Source of the DNA: an uncultured Gammaproteobacteria bacterium
Lineage (GTDB): Bacteria; Patescibacteriota; Patescibacteriia; Magasanikbacterales; GWA2-37-8
Direction: 5' to 3'
Assembly (NCBI GenBank): GCA_964531745.1
Contig: CAZHFX010000002.1
Location: 17,151 to 54,158 of the forward strand
Length of the DNA: 37,008 nucleotides
This document shows, piece after piece, positions 1-9,495 of this stretch (position 1 is the stretch's first letter; each line of letters opens with the position of its first letter). The position numbers and the translations under genes were made by a program. The notes under the pieces are model-generated. The model was not told the origin of the DNA and ran no database searches. It saw only the letters and a list, made by a program, of their open reading frames with translations.

Positions 1-1
1 T

Positions 2-3000
2 GGCTATGCCGCCGCGAGCAACGGGAATAATATGTATATTGGCGCTCTGAATTATTCAACTTCCACCAAGAGTTTGTATGATCTGATTTATCTGTTGAGT
101 GTTAACAGCAATGCCCAGAGCGAGACGCGCCAGGTATTTGACGTCATGGTCAAAAATTTTCATTTAACGACCAACCTGACCGGGAATGACGGCTATTGCG
201 GCGCGACGATGGATACTCCCGACTATAATGTTCCGTGCCGCTCTGATCTTGATTGCCCATCCGGCCGGGTGTGCGCGGTTCAGGTGGAAAAAATGCGCCG
301 CGACTATCAGCGCATACGCGATTTGCGGACAATTGAGGCCAGTTTAGAGAGCTACGCGGCCGATCATACGGGCGGTGCGGTTGGAGTGAAAAAATATCCG
401 GATCTGAAAGAAGGCACCTATCTTGAGGGGCAGACATTAAGCGCCTGGTCGTCTTGGTCGGTCTTGGGGCAGGCGGTCGGCCAATCCTTGCCGCTTGATC
501 CGATTAACCAGCTGGGGAAAGCCGGCACCTGCACGCCAAGCTCCACTCCCCCAGACACAACAGACATTCTGTGCGCCCGCGGCCAGTGTAATATTTTTTG
601 CACAACCGACGCTCAGTGCGGCTCGGGTAAATGCGCCCTGCATGACTCCGCCACCGGCTGGAGCGTGGCGGATCGGCGGTTTAGTTTTGCCTGCGCCACT
701 TCATCATACGCGTATCGTTATATCAATTCCTCTTCCACTGGGTATGCCCTCCGTTCCAACATTGAAGATATCGGGGTGCCGGTAAATAATCTGGATGGTT
801 TTTTGAGCGGATTTAATTTTTCAGATTTAAGCCGTTATAACGGACTTGGGTTTAACGGCGGAGGAACCGGTATTTGTAATAAAGACCAGGAAGTCGCCAC
901 CATCAACAAAGGGGTGTGCGGCGATCGGCAGGTGAATGTCGCCAATGGCGAACAGTGCGATCCGCCCGGCGGACAAAGATTCAGCTCCTGCATCAATAAC
1001 CAGATAACTGTGGAGGCGTGCAGTGATAAATGCCAGTGGATTCCTGCGAGCCCTTCCGCCGTTTCTTGCGCTTCTTTAAGCAAATGCGGCAATGGCCGGG
1101 TGGAAGCGGGGGAGACCTGCGATGACGGCGCGTTGAAGGGGAAATATAACCACTGTAATGATACTTGTACGGGTAAGGTGGCGGCTTACAATCCGGGTAA
1201 TCCTTCGGCTTCGCCCGGATATTGCGGCGATGGCCAAAAGAACCCGGTATTTGAGCTGTGCGACAACGCCACTGACCAGCCGATCTATGCTACTAGTACA
1301 ACCGATAAAACGACATCATGCAGTTCCGACTGCCAATCATACGGTACTTATTGCGGCGACGGCGCGGTGCAGATATTGAATGGCGAGGAGTGCGACCCGG
1401 CGGCCAGCGATTTTACCTGCACCAACGCGGCCGGGAGAAAAGGCGTCTTTGCCTGTTCCAGCGACTGCAAGAAGCAGGGCGGGCAGGCGTCCGTCGCCGG
1501 AGCCGCCTGGTGGTGGAGATTTGACGAACTTCAAGGGAGCGCAGTAGCCGATGCCATGGGTAACCACCCTGGGGTGTGTGTTGGAAATTGTCCCGTTGTT
1601 TCTTCAACCGGTAAATTCGGCAAAGCTTATAAATTCAGTTCTAACAGCATTGTGGGGGCGAACTATACTGACACCAGCGCCACATCCTCATTCTCTTTTG
1701 GATTTTGGATTAAATGGTCAACCCTTCCACCCGCAAGTACAGTTATTTGGCAAAGCGTTATTGGCAATACGACATTTAACTTTGAACTTACCAATAACGC
1801 CCAAAATTTGGCCAAACCAAAGATTACGGTTAAGAAAAATAACACAAAAATAGCTGAGTTTATCAAGACTTTTTCCGTATGGCTCAACCAATGGAGTAAT
1901 GTTTTTGTAACGTACGATGGGCATAATTTATGGTTTTATATTGATGGGAAGTTATATCAAAGTGATAGTGTCCAAAATGCTAATTTTGTTAGGCAAAATT
2001 TACAAATTACAGGAGCAGAAAACAAGACCATCCGCATCGGTAATTTTGACGGGTTGATTGATGAGGCAGTTTTTTATAATCGGGCGCTTACCGGAGACGA
2101 GGTTAAAAATTGGGGCATTGACTGGTGCGCCGCGGCTCCGGTGGTTTTGCCTCCGCCGCCAGTTGGCTCCTGCGGCAACACTGTGGTTGACCCGGCGGAA
2201 GCCTGCGATAACGGCCCGGCCAATAATGGCCTTGTTTGCGCTCCGAGCTACGGCCGCGCCTGCTCGTATTGTTCCGCCGACTGTAAAAATAAAATAGATG
2301 TCCAGCCCACCGAGTATTGCGGTGACGGCATTATTGAAGCCTCCGAGGCGTGCGATACCGATGCCGCGGGCGTGGTCTACGCTAAATCCACCACCACTCC
2401 GGCCACCACTATATTAGTAAAATCTGCAGCGAACAATGGCTACCAGGTGTTGGCTTGCGCCAGTGAACCCATTGAAACAAATGTATTTAAGAAAGGAACT
2501 AAAGTTTGCGCCAACAATTGCACAGCGATCTTAACGAAAGAAACTAATCAAGCCAGTTGTGTTAGGTGCGGTATAGACGCGGATAAAGGGGTAATCGTTA
2601 AGGGTAATATGCTTAATGTGTTGGAGGCGGCCAACCCGGCGACGTCCAATAATCCTCTGTATGCGAGACAGACAGCAAACGACGGTGGTGTGATAAGCGG
2701 TAGAATTTTACTGTCCGGTTTTGTTCCTGTTAATTACAACAATGCTTTTGCCTTTGTTTTACAGGATCCTCTAAACGCTTCTAGTCGTTATAAACCATCT
2801 TCAGCGTATACGTTGCAAGATTCTTCTCACAGTACTAGCGTGCCGCTCGCGACCGACAGCCTTTGTTATGCCGGCGATAACGGGGGAAATTATAGGCTGT
2901 CAGTAAATGGCAGTGATCCATTCTTGTTCCCAATTAAGAAAGCGCCGGAACCTTGGCAGTATGATTTTGTATTGTCACCGATTATCAGCACGATCGGGCT

Positions 3001-3607
3001 GAAAGATATTAGTAAGAGTGTTCCACCGGCGCTGTTGGACAGAAGCCAACGTCCCAATGATATACGCATTGTGGTAAGCTGGGTGGGTGAAAATGCGTTT
3101 GCGAGCGGTTTTGCAAAGCCGGTCGCCGGCAGTCCGACTATTGAATCTTTGGGTTTCAGCCAACCTCCCGTCACTGGTTTTGATTATTTCACCAAGCCTG
3201 ATACAGATCTTTGGAAAATTTGGTCGCATGGCCGCGGACAAACACCAGGTTTGCTCTCGGAAGAATCTTATACTGTTAACACTGCTGACATGCAGAACGA
3301 TACCTATGTATTTTATGTGCGCACCGAAGACGGAAGCGCCATCAAGAATATCGGCCGGACAGCAAAATTGCGGGTGGATGTTTACTTGCCGAAAACGCCA
3401 GCACGCGTGCCGGATTATGCCACTTTCACCCGGCCGGACAAAAGTTTTCAATTTTCTCTAGCTGATGTTTCATCGGATAATCCTGGAGCATCGTACTGGG
3501 AGGTTTTGAAGATACAGAAAACTCCGTCTGACGTTATCAACCGCATTGAGAACGTGACGGTTCCGCTTGATAATGGTAGAATAGTGACGGGCGTAGCTCA
3601 ATTTTAA
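2..3607 (+). CDS. Giant Cys-rich surface protein (5'-truncated): pilin/GspG-like helix, CGxGxxxxxExCD (Myxococcus Cys-rich/DUF4215-like) repeats, LamG-like jellyroll domain
   Basis: Frame is open from position 2 (GYAAASNGNN-MYIG), so the real start lies upstream of the window. It has repeated CGDG/CGNG...E-x-CD motifs, LamG-like hallmarks (WWRFDE, GKFGKA, WSNVFVTYDG, FYIDG, FDGLIDEAVFYNRAL) and an RDxxRxxDLxxIxxxLExY...YP segment. Confidence 0.75.
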   Translation, partial: GYAAASNGNNMYIGALNYSTSTKSLYDLIYLLSVNSNAQSETRQVFDVMVKNFHLTTNLTGNDGYCGATMDTPDYNVPCRSDLDCPSGRVCAVQVEKMRRDYQRIRDLRTIEASLESYAADHTGGAVGVKKYPDLKEGTYLEGQTLSAWSSWSVLGQAVGQSLPLDPINQLGKAGTCTPSSTPPDTTDILCARGQCNIFCTTDAQCGSGKCALHDSATGWSVADRRFSFACATSSYAYRYINSSSTGYALRSNIEDIGVPVNNLDGFLSGFNFSDLSRYNGLGFNGGGTGICNKDQEVATINKGVCGDRQVNVANGEQCDPPGGQRFSSCINNQITVEACSDKCQWIPASPSAVSCASLSKCGNGRVEAGETCDDGALKGKYNHCNDTCTGKVAAYNPGNPSASPGYCGDGQKNPVFELCDNATDQPIYATSTTDKTTSCSSDCQSYGTYCGDGAVQILNGEECDPAASDFTCTNAAGRKGVFACSSDCKKQGGQASVAGAAWWWRFDELQGSAVADAMGNHPGVCVGNCPVVSSTGKFGKAYKFSSNSIVGANYTDTSATSSFSFGFWIKWSTLPPASTVIWQSVIGNTTFNFELTNNAQNLAKPKITVKKNNTKIAEFIKTFSVWLNQWSNVFVTYDGHNLWFYIDGKLYQSDSVQNANFVRQNLQITGAENKTIRIGNFDGLIDEAVFYNRALTGDEVKNWGIDWCAAAPVVLPPPPVGSCGNTVVDPAEACDNGPANNGLVCAPSYGRACSYCSADCKNKIDVQPTEYCGDGIIEASEACDTDAAGVVYAKSTTTPATTILVKSAANNGYQVLACASEPIETNVFKKGTKVCANNCTAILTKETNQASCVRCGIDADKGVIVKGNMLNVLEAANPATSNNPLYARQTANDGGVISGRILLSGFVPVNYNNAFAFVLQDPLNASSRYKPSSAYTLQDSSHSTSVPLATDSLCYAGDNGGNYRLSVNGSDPFLFPIKKAPEPWQYDFVLSPIISTIGLKDISKSVPPALLDRSQRPNDIRIVVSWVGENAFASGFAKPVAGSPTIESLGFSQPPVTGFDYFTKPDTDLWKIWSHGRGQTPGLLSEESYTVNTADMQNDTYVFYVRTEDGSAIKNIGRTAKLRVDVYLPKTPARVPDYATFTRPDKSFQFSLADVSSDNPGASYWEVLKIQKTPSDVINRIENVTVPLDNGRIVTGVAQF

Positions 3608-3608
3608 T

Positions 3609-3998
3609 ATGAAGAAGCTTGTCATTTTTATTATTGTTGGTTTCGTAGTGGCCGCGGGAGCGTTTTGGGCGTATCGGCGTTCGCGACCGCCGGTTCCGGC
3701 TGAAGTAACGGTTGATCAATCTGGTGGTGAAGGCGCTGATAAGGCCTTGAGCGAAGTTTTTAAAAAAATAAGCGAAACCGATAAAGATTTGGACGGCCTG
3801 ACAGACGCGGAGGAGAAAAAGTATGGCACCGACCCGGCCAAAGCCGACACCGATGGCGACGGAATTTTAGATAAAGATGAGATTGCCATTTATCGTTCCA
3901 ACCCGCTAAAAGCCGATACCGATGGTGATGGAGTTAAGGACGGCGCGGAAGTGCGGCGCGGTTTGAACCCCAATGGCGCGGGCAAACTTTCTTTATAA
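3609..3998 (+). CDS. Membrane-anchored protein with DxDxDG Ca-binding (bacterial TSP3-like) repeats
   Basis: N-terminal hydrophobic anchor; DKDLDGLTD-x-EE, DTDGDGILD, DTDGDGVKDGAEV...NPNG repeats. Confidence 0.8.
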   Translation: MKKLVIFIIVGFVVAAGAFWAYRRSRPPVPAEVTVDQSGGEGADKALSEVFKKISETDKDLDGLTDAEEKKYGTDPAKADTDGDGILDKDEIAIYRSNPLKADTDGDGVKDGAEVRRGLNPNGAGKLSL

Positions 3999-4048
3999 AG
4001 AAATTTATATTTTTATCGCGCGGATAATTTTTCGCGCCTGATAGTTAT

Positions 4049-4843
4049 ATGTTTGAGGACCAACCAAAAAGCGCCGGCGGGCCGCCGGCAAATTTGCCCA
4101 CGGAACCGGTGGATATGTTCGCCGGAGTGGAGGAAAGCGCGGAGGTGGCGCCGCCAAAAATGCCCGATGCTTTGTCGTCCGGGCTTTTGAAACGAAAAAG
4201 TGCCGAAATACCAAAACCAGCGGCTGTTGCGCCTCTGCCATCCGTTGGAGAAGAGGCCACAGCGGTGCCGGCAACGTCATTTTCAGCCACTGCCCAGCCG
4301 ATATTAGGCAAAATATTATTAGTGATTTTGATTTTAGCGGCGCTCGGCGGCATCGGCTGGGGCGGCTGGTGGCTCTACGCCAATTACATAGCTAAAAAAG
4401 CACCGATCGTTCCGGCGATCACCGAAACACCGGCGCCGATTGTCCGGCCTCCGCCTCCGGCGGCGGCAACTCCCGCGGCGCCAGCCCCCGCGGCACCGCC
4501 AGCCAGCGATCAGCCGCTGGTTTCCGAGACCCCGACTTCTACTATTATGACGAAGATAAAAAATGACGCTATTTTATTTGGCGAACCGGTGGACAGTGAC
4601 AAGGACGGTCTTGACGATGTGCGAGAAAAAGAAATCGGCGCCGACCAGAACAACCCGGATACCGATGGCGACGGTTTGAACGACGGCGACGAGGTTTTGG
4701 CGTGGAAAACCAATCCGCTCAACTCGGATACCGATGGCGACAGCTATCTTGATGGCGCGGAGGTAAAGAATGGTTACAACCCGTTAGGGCGGGGCCGGCT
4801 TTTGTTGAGTCCCACTTCCACCGTCCCGGCCGGGACTCCATAA
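4049..4843 (+). CDS. Single-pass membrane protein with Pro/Ala linker and DxDxDG (TSP3-like) repeats
   Basis: One TM helix (ILLVILILAALGGIGWGGWWLY), Pro-rich linker, and DSDKDGLDD/DTDGDGLND/DTDGDSYLDGAEVKNGYNP repeats. Confidence 0.8.
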   Translation: MFEDQPKSAGGPPANLPTEPVDMFAGVEESAEVAPPKMPDALSSGLLKRKSAEIPKPAAVAPLPSVGEEATAVPATSFSATAQPILGKILLVILILAALGGIGWGGWWLYANYIAKKAPIVPAITETPAPIVRPPPPAAATPAAPAPAAPPASDQPLVSETPTSTIMTKIKNDAILFGEPVDSDKDGLDDVREKEIGADQNNPDTDGDGLNDGDEVLAWKTNPLNSDTDGDSYLDGAEVKNGYNPLGRGRLLLSPTSTVPAGTP

Positions 4844-4855
4844 TTTTTGTAAAAT

Positions 4856-5995
4856 ATGTTTGGTTTGGGCACGAAAAAAAATATCGAAGAAAAACCGCCA
4901 AGCGCCGTTCCTATTTCGGCGATGCCGGCGGAATTTTATGGCGGCGCCAACCCGGTGGTGACATTTAAGACGGTGGCGAAAGAAGTGTCGTCCGGCGGTT
5001 TGACGGCCGGTGAGAAAAAAGCGCTTGATCGGGCTACCGCGCCGGGTAGCGGCCAGCCGTTTCATCCGGCGAATCTTTTCACCAGCCGCCGTTTTATTGT
5101 CATTGCCGGCGTTGTTTTGCTGGCGCTTTTCGTCGGTGGCGCCAGTTGGTATTACCTCCGTCAGGCTAATTTGCCGACACCGGCTCCCGCGGCTCCACCA
5201 GTTGTCCCCGTCGCTCCAGTGGTAGAGGAACAGCCGATTGTCGCCACGACTACTGTTGAAACGACGGCTCCGCCGTTAGCGGAGGAAACCCCGACCACTA
5301 CTCCCGCCGTCGCCAGCGGTCTGATGGAGTTCCCATCTTTAATATTGGGTAGCGCGCCGGATTCCGATCGCGATGGCTTATCTGGTCCGGAAGAAGAATT
5401 ATTCAAAACCGACCCCCAAAATTCCGACACCGATGGCGATGTTTATTTTGATGGGAGCGAGGTTTACCATTTGTATAACCCGGTTGGCAAAGAGCCGCAA
5501 AAATTGATTGACTCTGGTCTGGTTAAAGAATTTGTTAATCCGGTTTTTAATTATCGGCTCTATTATCCGTCTTCATGGGCGGTTGGGAATGTTGATGAGA
5601 ATTATCGCGATATGCTTTTCAGTGCCCTGACCGGCGAGAATATTGAAGTGAAAGTATCCGGTATTGAGCCCGGCCAGACGATGGCCGATTGGTTTAATGT
5701 TTTTGCGCCTACTGAAAATATAAATACTCTGGCCAATTACGCGTCGGTGTTTAAGGAAACAGGTTTGCGCCGTCCCGATGGTTTGGTTTTTTATTTCACT
5801 CGTCCGAATCAAATTATAACGGCGGCGTATCACCCGGCGGTCGGCGAAAACATTGCGAATTACCGTTCGGTTATCGCTATGATGGCCCAGAGCTTCCGCT
5901 ATCCTGGCAACGGCTTTGCTTTACCGCCTCCCTCGCCGGCAGTGGTGTTTGATGTCGCCAGCACTCCCGCGACCTCAACTCAGCCGACGCTCTGA
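4856..5995 (+). CDS. Single-pass membrane protein with DxDxDG repeats and a C-terminal PsbP-like domain
   Basis: TM helix, Pro/Thr linker and DSDRDGL/DTDGDVYFDG..YNP repeats. FNYRLYYPSSW resembles the start of PsbP-like folds (weak call). Confidence 0.7.
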   Translation: MFGLGTKKNIEEKPPSAVPISAMPAEFYGGANPVVTFKTVAKEVSSGGLTAGEKKALDRATAPGSGQPFHPANLFTSRRFIVIAGVVLLALFVGGASWYYLRQANLPTPAPAAPPVVPVAPVVEEQPIVATTTVETTAPPLAEETPTTTPAVASGLMEFPSLILGSAPDSDRDGLSGPEEELFKTDPQNSDTDGDVYFDGSEVYHLYNPVGKEPQKLIDSGLVKEFVNPVFNYRLYYPSSWAVGNVDENYRDMLFSALTGENIEVKVSGIEPGQTMADWFNVFAPTENINTLANYASVFKETGLRRPDGLVFYFTRPNQIITAAYHPAVGENIANYRSVIAMMAQSFRYPGNGFALPPPSPAVVFDVASTPATSTQPTL

Positions 5996-6002
5996 CCGAG
6001 GT

Positions 6003-6446
6003 ATGCTGACGATTTTTTATCGGTCCACTGTTGTTTGTCCAATATCCAGAAGAGAAGTGGAAAGAATAGCCAGTTTAGCGGCTCGGCAGGAGAAAAAAAT
6101 AAAAGGTCAAATTGATATCACCGTGATGGGGGACGCGGCGATTAGGAGTTTGAATAAACGTTATCGCGGGAAAAACCAAACTACCGACGTGCTCTCATTC
6201 GCGTGGGGCGAGGATCAAACCATGCCCAGCGCGTATTTGGGGCAAGTCTATCTGTCATATCCGCAGATCAGGCGGCAAGCGCGCGCGTTTCAAGCGTCGG
6301 TCAAGGAAGAATTCGCGCGCATGCTGGTTCACGGTTTGTTGCATATAGCGGGGCATGACCATGTCCGGTCGCGGGAAGCCAAGCGCATGTTTTCCCTGCA
6401 GGAAAAAATTATCGCGCCAGCGCGATTATCTGTAAAGCGATTTTAG
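6003..6446 (+). CDS. ybeY: rRNA maturation endoribonuclease YbeY
   Basis: LNKRYRGKNQTTDVLSF and HGLLHIAGHDH metal-binding motifs. ATG at 6003 avoids overlap with the upstream gene. Confidence 0.93.
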   Translation: MLTIFYRSTVVCPISRREVERIASLAARQEKKIKGQIDITVMGDAAIRSLNKRYRGKNQTTDVLSFAWGEDQTMPSAYLGQVYLSYPQIRRQARAFQASVKEEFARMLVHGLLHIAGHDHVRSREAKRMFSLQEKIIAPARLSVKRF

Positions 6447-6454
6447 CAAACTTT

Positions 6455-6823
6455 ATGTTGTCATTACGCCGTTTGGCGCAAAGCTTCAAGGATGCCATTC
6501 GCGGTTTAGCCCAAGTGTTCCGGACGGAGCAGAATTTTCGTCTGCAAGTTATGGGCGCGGCGCTGGTTTTGGCGGCGATGGCGTATTTTCCTCTGCGCCA
6601 GTGGGAAATGGTTGTCATTTTTCTTCTTATCGTGATGGTTTTAACGATGGAGATTCTGAACACGGCCTTGGAGCGCTTTACCGATTTGCTCAAGCCGCGA
6701 TTGCATCACTACGTTGGCGCGATTAAAGATACTATGGCCGCCGCCGTGCTCGTTACGTCGCTCGGCGCGTTCATTATCGGGGTGATCATTATGAGTCCGT
6801 ACTTTATCAGTTTAGCCAGATAG
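6455..6823 (+). CDS. dgkA: Diacylglycerol/undecaprenol kinase (DgkA family)
   Basis: SFKDAIRGL..EQNFR, EILNTALE..D and KDTMAAAVL motifs, three TM helices, classic ybeY-dgkA synteny. Confidence 0.9.
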   Translation: MLSLRRLAQSFKDAIRGLAQVFRTEQNFRLQVMGAALVLAAMAYFPLRQWEMVVIFLLIVMVLTMEILNTALERFTDLLKPRLHHYVGAIKDTMAAAVLVTSLGAFIIGVIIMSPYFISLAR

Positions 6824-6839
6824 TGTATACTGCCAGTGT

Positions 6840-8111
6840 ATGAAAAAAGATTATTCCTCGCTGATCGCCGGTTTAGATATCGGGTCGTCCGCGATTCGGC
6901 TCGTAGTGGGCCAGCTCGCTTCTCCGGAAGAGGCGGAGAGCGAAGTTGAACTGCAAATTTTGGGCGCGGCCGAAGCGCCGTCGGAAGGCGTGCAAAAGGG
7001 CATCATCACCAGCATTGAAGATGTTGTTTCTTCCATATCCGCTTGTTTGGAGACGGCGGAGCGCATGGTGGGGGCGCCCATTAACAGTTTGTGGGTGGGA
7101 ATTTCCGGCCTTCACATTATTTCACAGAATAGCAAGGGAGTCGTGGCTGTTTCCAAAGCGGACAGCGAAATCAGCGAGGAAGATGTAACGCGGGCGATTG
7201 AGGCGGCGCGAGCTATCGCCACGCCGCTTAATTATGAAGTGTTGCATGTTTTGCCAAAGAATTTTGGCATTGACGGGCAGGGTACCGTTAAAGATCCGGT
7301 TGGCATGACCGGCATTCGCCTGGAGGTGGACGCGCAGATTATTCTCGGGTCGGCTTCGCAAATTAAAAATTTAACGAAAGCGGTTTATCGGACAGGGCAG
7401 GATATTGAAGATTTGGTTCTATCCATTCTCGCTACCGCCGAAGCGGTGGTAACGCCGCGGCAGAAGGAGATCGGCGTTTTAGTGGTGAATATCGGAGTGT
7501 CTACCACGAGTTTGGCGGTTTTTGAGGAAGGGGAAATTTTACATACGGCCATTATCCCGCTCGGTTCCGAACATATTACCAAAGATATCGCGTTAGGGCT
7601 TCGCACGTCTATTGATATTGCCGAAGCGGTAAAGCTTGAGCACGGCGATTGCGCGCCGGGCTTGGTATCCAAACGCGAAGAGGTTGATCTTTATGAGCTC
7701 GGCGCGCCGGAACATGAAATTGTGAAAAAACAATATGTGAGTGAAATCATTGAGGCGCGCGCGGAGGAGATTTTACAAAAAATTAATCAAGAGTTAACCC
7801 GGATAAAACGGAACGCTCTGCTTCCGGCCGGGGCGGTTTTGACCGGCGGCGGCGCCAAGCTAGCCGGTTTGGTGGAGCTGGCTAAAAAGCAATTGCGCCT
7901 TCCCGCCATTCTGGGCTATCCGCTCAATGTGGCGAGCGTTACTGACAAAGTAAATGATTTAGGCTTCGCCACCGCGGTTGGCTTGGTGAAGTGGGGAGGA
8001 GCCATGGAGCGGCGCGGCTATAGCGGACGGCGCGAAGAGAGAGGGCCGATGAAAAAAATAAATCGCGCCGGCGGTCAGCTTAAAAAATGGTTCAAAACGC
8101 TTATACCTTAA
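6840..8111 (+). CDS. ftsA: Cell division protein FtsA
   Basis: GLDIGSSAI, DPVGMTGIRLE and VLTGGGAKL actin-like ATPase motifs; lies directly upstream of ftsZ. Confidence 0.96.
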   Translation: MKKDYSSLIAGLDIGSSAIRLVVGQLASPEEAESEVELQILGAAEAPSEGVQKGIITSIEDVVSSISACLETAERMVGAPINSLWVGISGLHIISQNSKGVVAVSKADSEISEEDVTRAIEAARAIATPLNYEVLHVLPKNFGIDGQGTVKDPVGMTGIRLEVDAQIILGSASQIKNLTKAVYRTGQDIEDLVLSILATAEAVVTPRQKEIGVLVVNIGVSTTSLAVFEEGEILHTAIIPLGSEHITKDIALGLRTSIDIAEAVKLEHGDCAPGLVSKREEVDLYELGAPEHEIVKKQYVSEIIEARAEEILQKINQELTRIKRNALLPAGAVLTGGGAKLAGLVELAKKQLRLPAILGYPLNVASVTDKVNDLGFATAVGLVKWGGAMERRGYSGRREERGPMKKINRAGGQLKKWFKTLIP

Positions 8112-8119
8112 GCGTTTAG

Positions 8120-8175
8120 TTATACACATTCCTTAACAATCGCGCTTGACAGGGTATTATCTTGAACGATACACT
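8120..8175 (+). promoter_or_regulatory. ftsZ promoter (TTGACA-N18-TACACT) preceded by a DnaA box TTATACACA
   Basis: TTATACACA at 8120-8128 matches TTATNCACA; TTGACA at 8146-8151; TACACT at 8170-8175. Confidence 0.55.
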
Positions 8176-8253
8176 ATCTAGCGAAGAGGCGTTTCTTCGC
8201 TTATTTTATTATCAGGGGTTTGAACACAAAAATTATTCATCAATTTCACACTT

Positions 8254-9468
8254 ATGCCGCAGGTAAAACCAGAAATTGAAGCTTTTGCCAAAATTAAAGT
8301 GGTTGGCGTGGGCGGGAGCGGCGGCGCGGCCATCAACCGAATGATGGCGAATAAAATTCGCGGTGTTGATTTTATCGCCATGAATACCGATGTGCAGGCG
8401 CTCCACTACAACAGCGCGCCGCATAAAATTCATATTGGCAAAACAGTGACCAAAGGCCTCGGCGCCGGCATGGATCGGGAGGTCGGCCGCAAAGCGGCCG
8501 AGGAATCGCAAAATGAAATCCGCGAAGCTCTTAAGGAAACCGATATGGTGTTTATCACTTGCGGGCTGGGCGGAGGCACCGGTTCGGGGGCGGCGCCGAT
8601 TGTGGCCGAGGTGGCGAAAGAGCTGGGCGCTTTGACGGTGGCGGTGGTAACCAAGCCCTTTTCTTTTGAGGGGCCGCAACGCGGCTCTATCGCCGATAAA
8701 GCGTGGGAGGAGCTGGTAAAGAATGTGGATACTATTATTACTATCCCGAACGATCGGGTACTTCAGGTGATTGATAAAAAAACCACTTTGCTTGACGCGT
8801 TCAAAATTGTTGATGATATTTTACGTCAAGGCGTGCAAGGAATTTCCGAGTTGATCACCATCCCCGGGCTTATCAACGTTGATTTTGCCGACGTGAAAAC
8901 TATTATGCGCGACACCGGTTCAGCGCTGATGGGCATTGGCGTCGGCACCGGCGAGAGCCGGGCGGTGGAAGCCGCCAAAGCGGCCGTGGCCAGCCCTCTG
9001 CTGGAACTATCCATTGACGGCGCGCACGGCATTCTTTTCACCATCACCGGCGGTCCGGATTTGACCATGAACGAAGTAACCGACGCGGCCAAACTGATCA
9101 CCGGTTCAGCCGCGGCTGACGCCAAAATTATTTTTGGCGCCATTATTGATGAAAGCATGACCGGCAGTATGCGCATTAATGTGGTGGCCACCGGCTTTGA
9201 CGATCGCCGCCCGAGCACATTGAAAGAAGACACGGCGCCGGCGCAGAATTTCTTCTCCGGCGGCAAATATATGCCGAGCACGTTTTTGCGCAAAGCGCAG
9301 AAGGAAGAGGAAGAGGAAGAAAAAAAATTCAAGAATTTTACTCAACGGAATATTCCGGCCGCCGCGCCGAACCCGAGCGAAGCGAATAAATTAGCCAAAG
9401 ATCAAGATGCGGGTCTGGAAGAAGATCCGGAAATGCCGGCTTTCCTTCGTAAAAGAATGGGTCTCTAG
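8254..9468 (+). CDS. ftsZ: Cell division GTPase FtsZ
   Basis: GGGTGSG tubulin signature, NVDFAD, and C-terminal peptide PAFLRK. Confidence 0.99.
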   Translation: MPQVKPEIEAFAKIKVVGVGGSGGAAINRMMANKIRGVDFIAMNTDVQALHYNSAPHKIHIGKTVTKGLGAGMDREVGRKAAEESQNEIREALKETDMVFITCGLGGGTGSGAAPIVAEVAKELGALTVAVVTKPFSFEGPQRGSIADKAWEELVKNVDTIITIPNDRVLQVIDKKTTLLDAFKIVDDILRQGVQGISELITIPGLINVDFADVKTIMRDTGSALMGIGVGTGESRAVEAAKAAVASPLLELSIDGAHGILFTITGGPDLTMNEVTDAAKLITGSAAADAKIIFGAIIDESMTGSMRINVVATGFDDRRPSTLKEDTAPAQNFFSGGKYMPSTFLRKAQKEEEEEEKKFKNFTQRNIPAAAPNPSEANKLAKDQDAGLEEDPEMPAFLRKRMGL

Positions 9469-9495
9469 TGAAAATGCTAATTTTATTCTTTCTGT

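Noticed and set aside
5916-6002. Longer ybeY start from the ORF track
   Set aside because: It overlaps the upstream gene by 80 nt; ATG 6003 gives a typical YbeY length.
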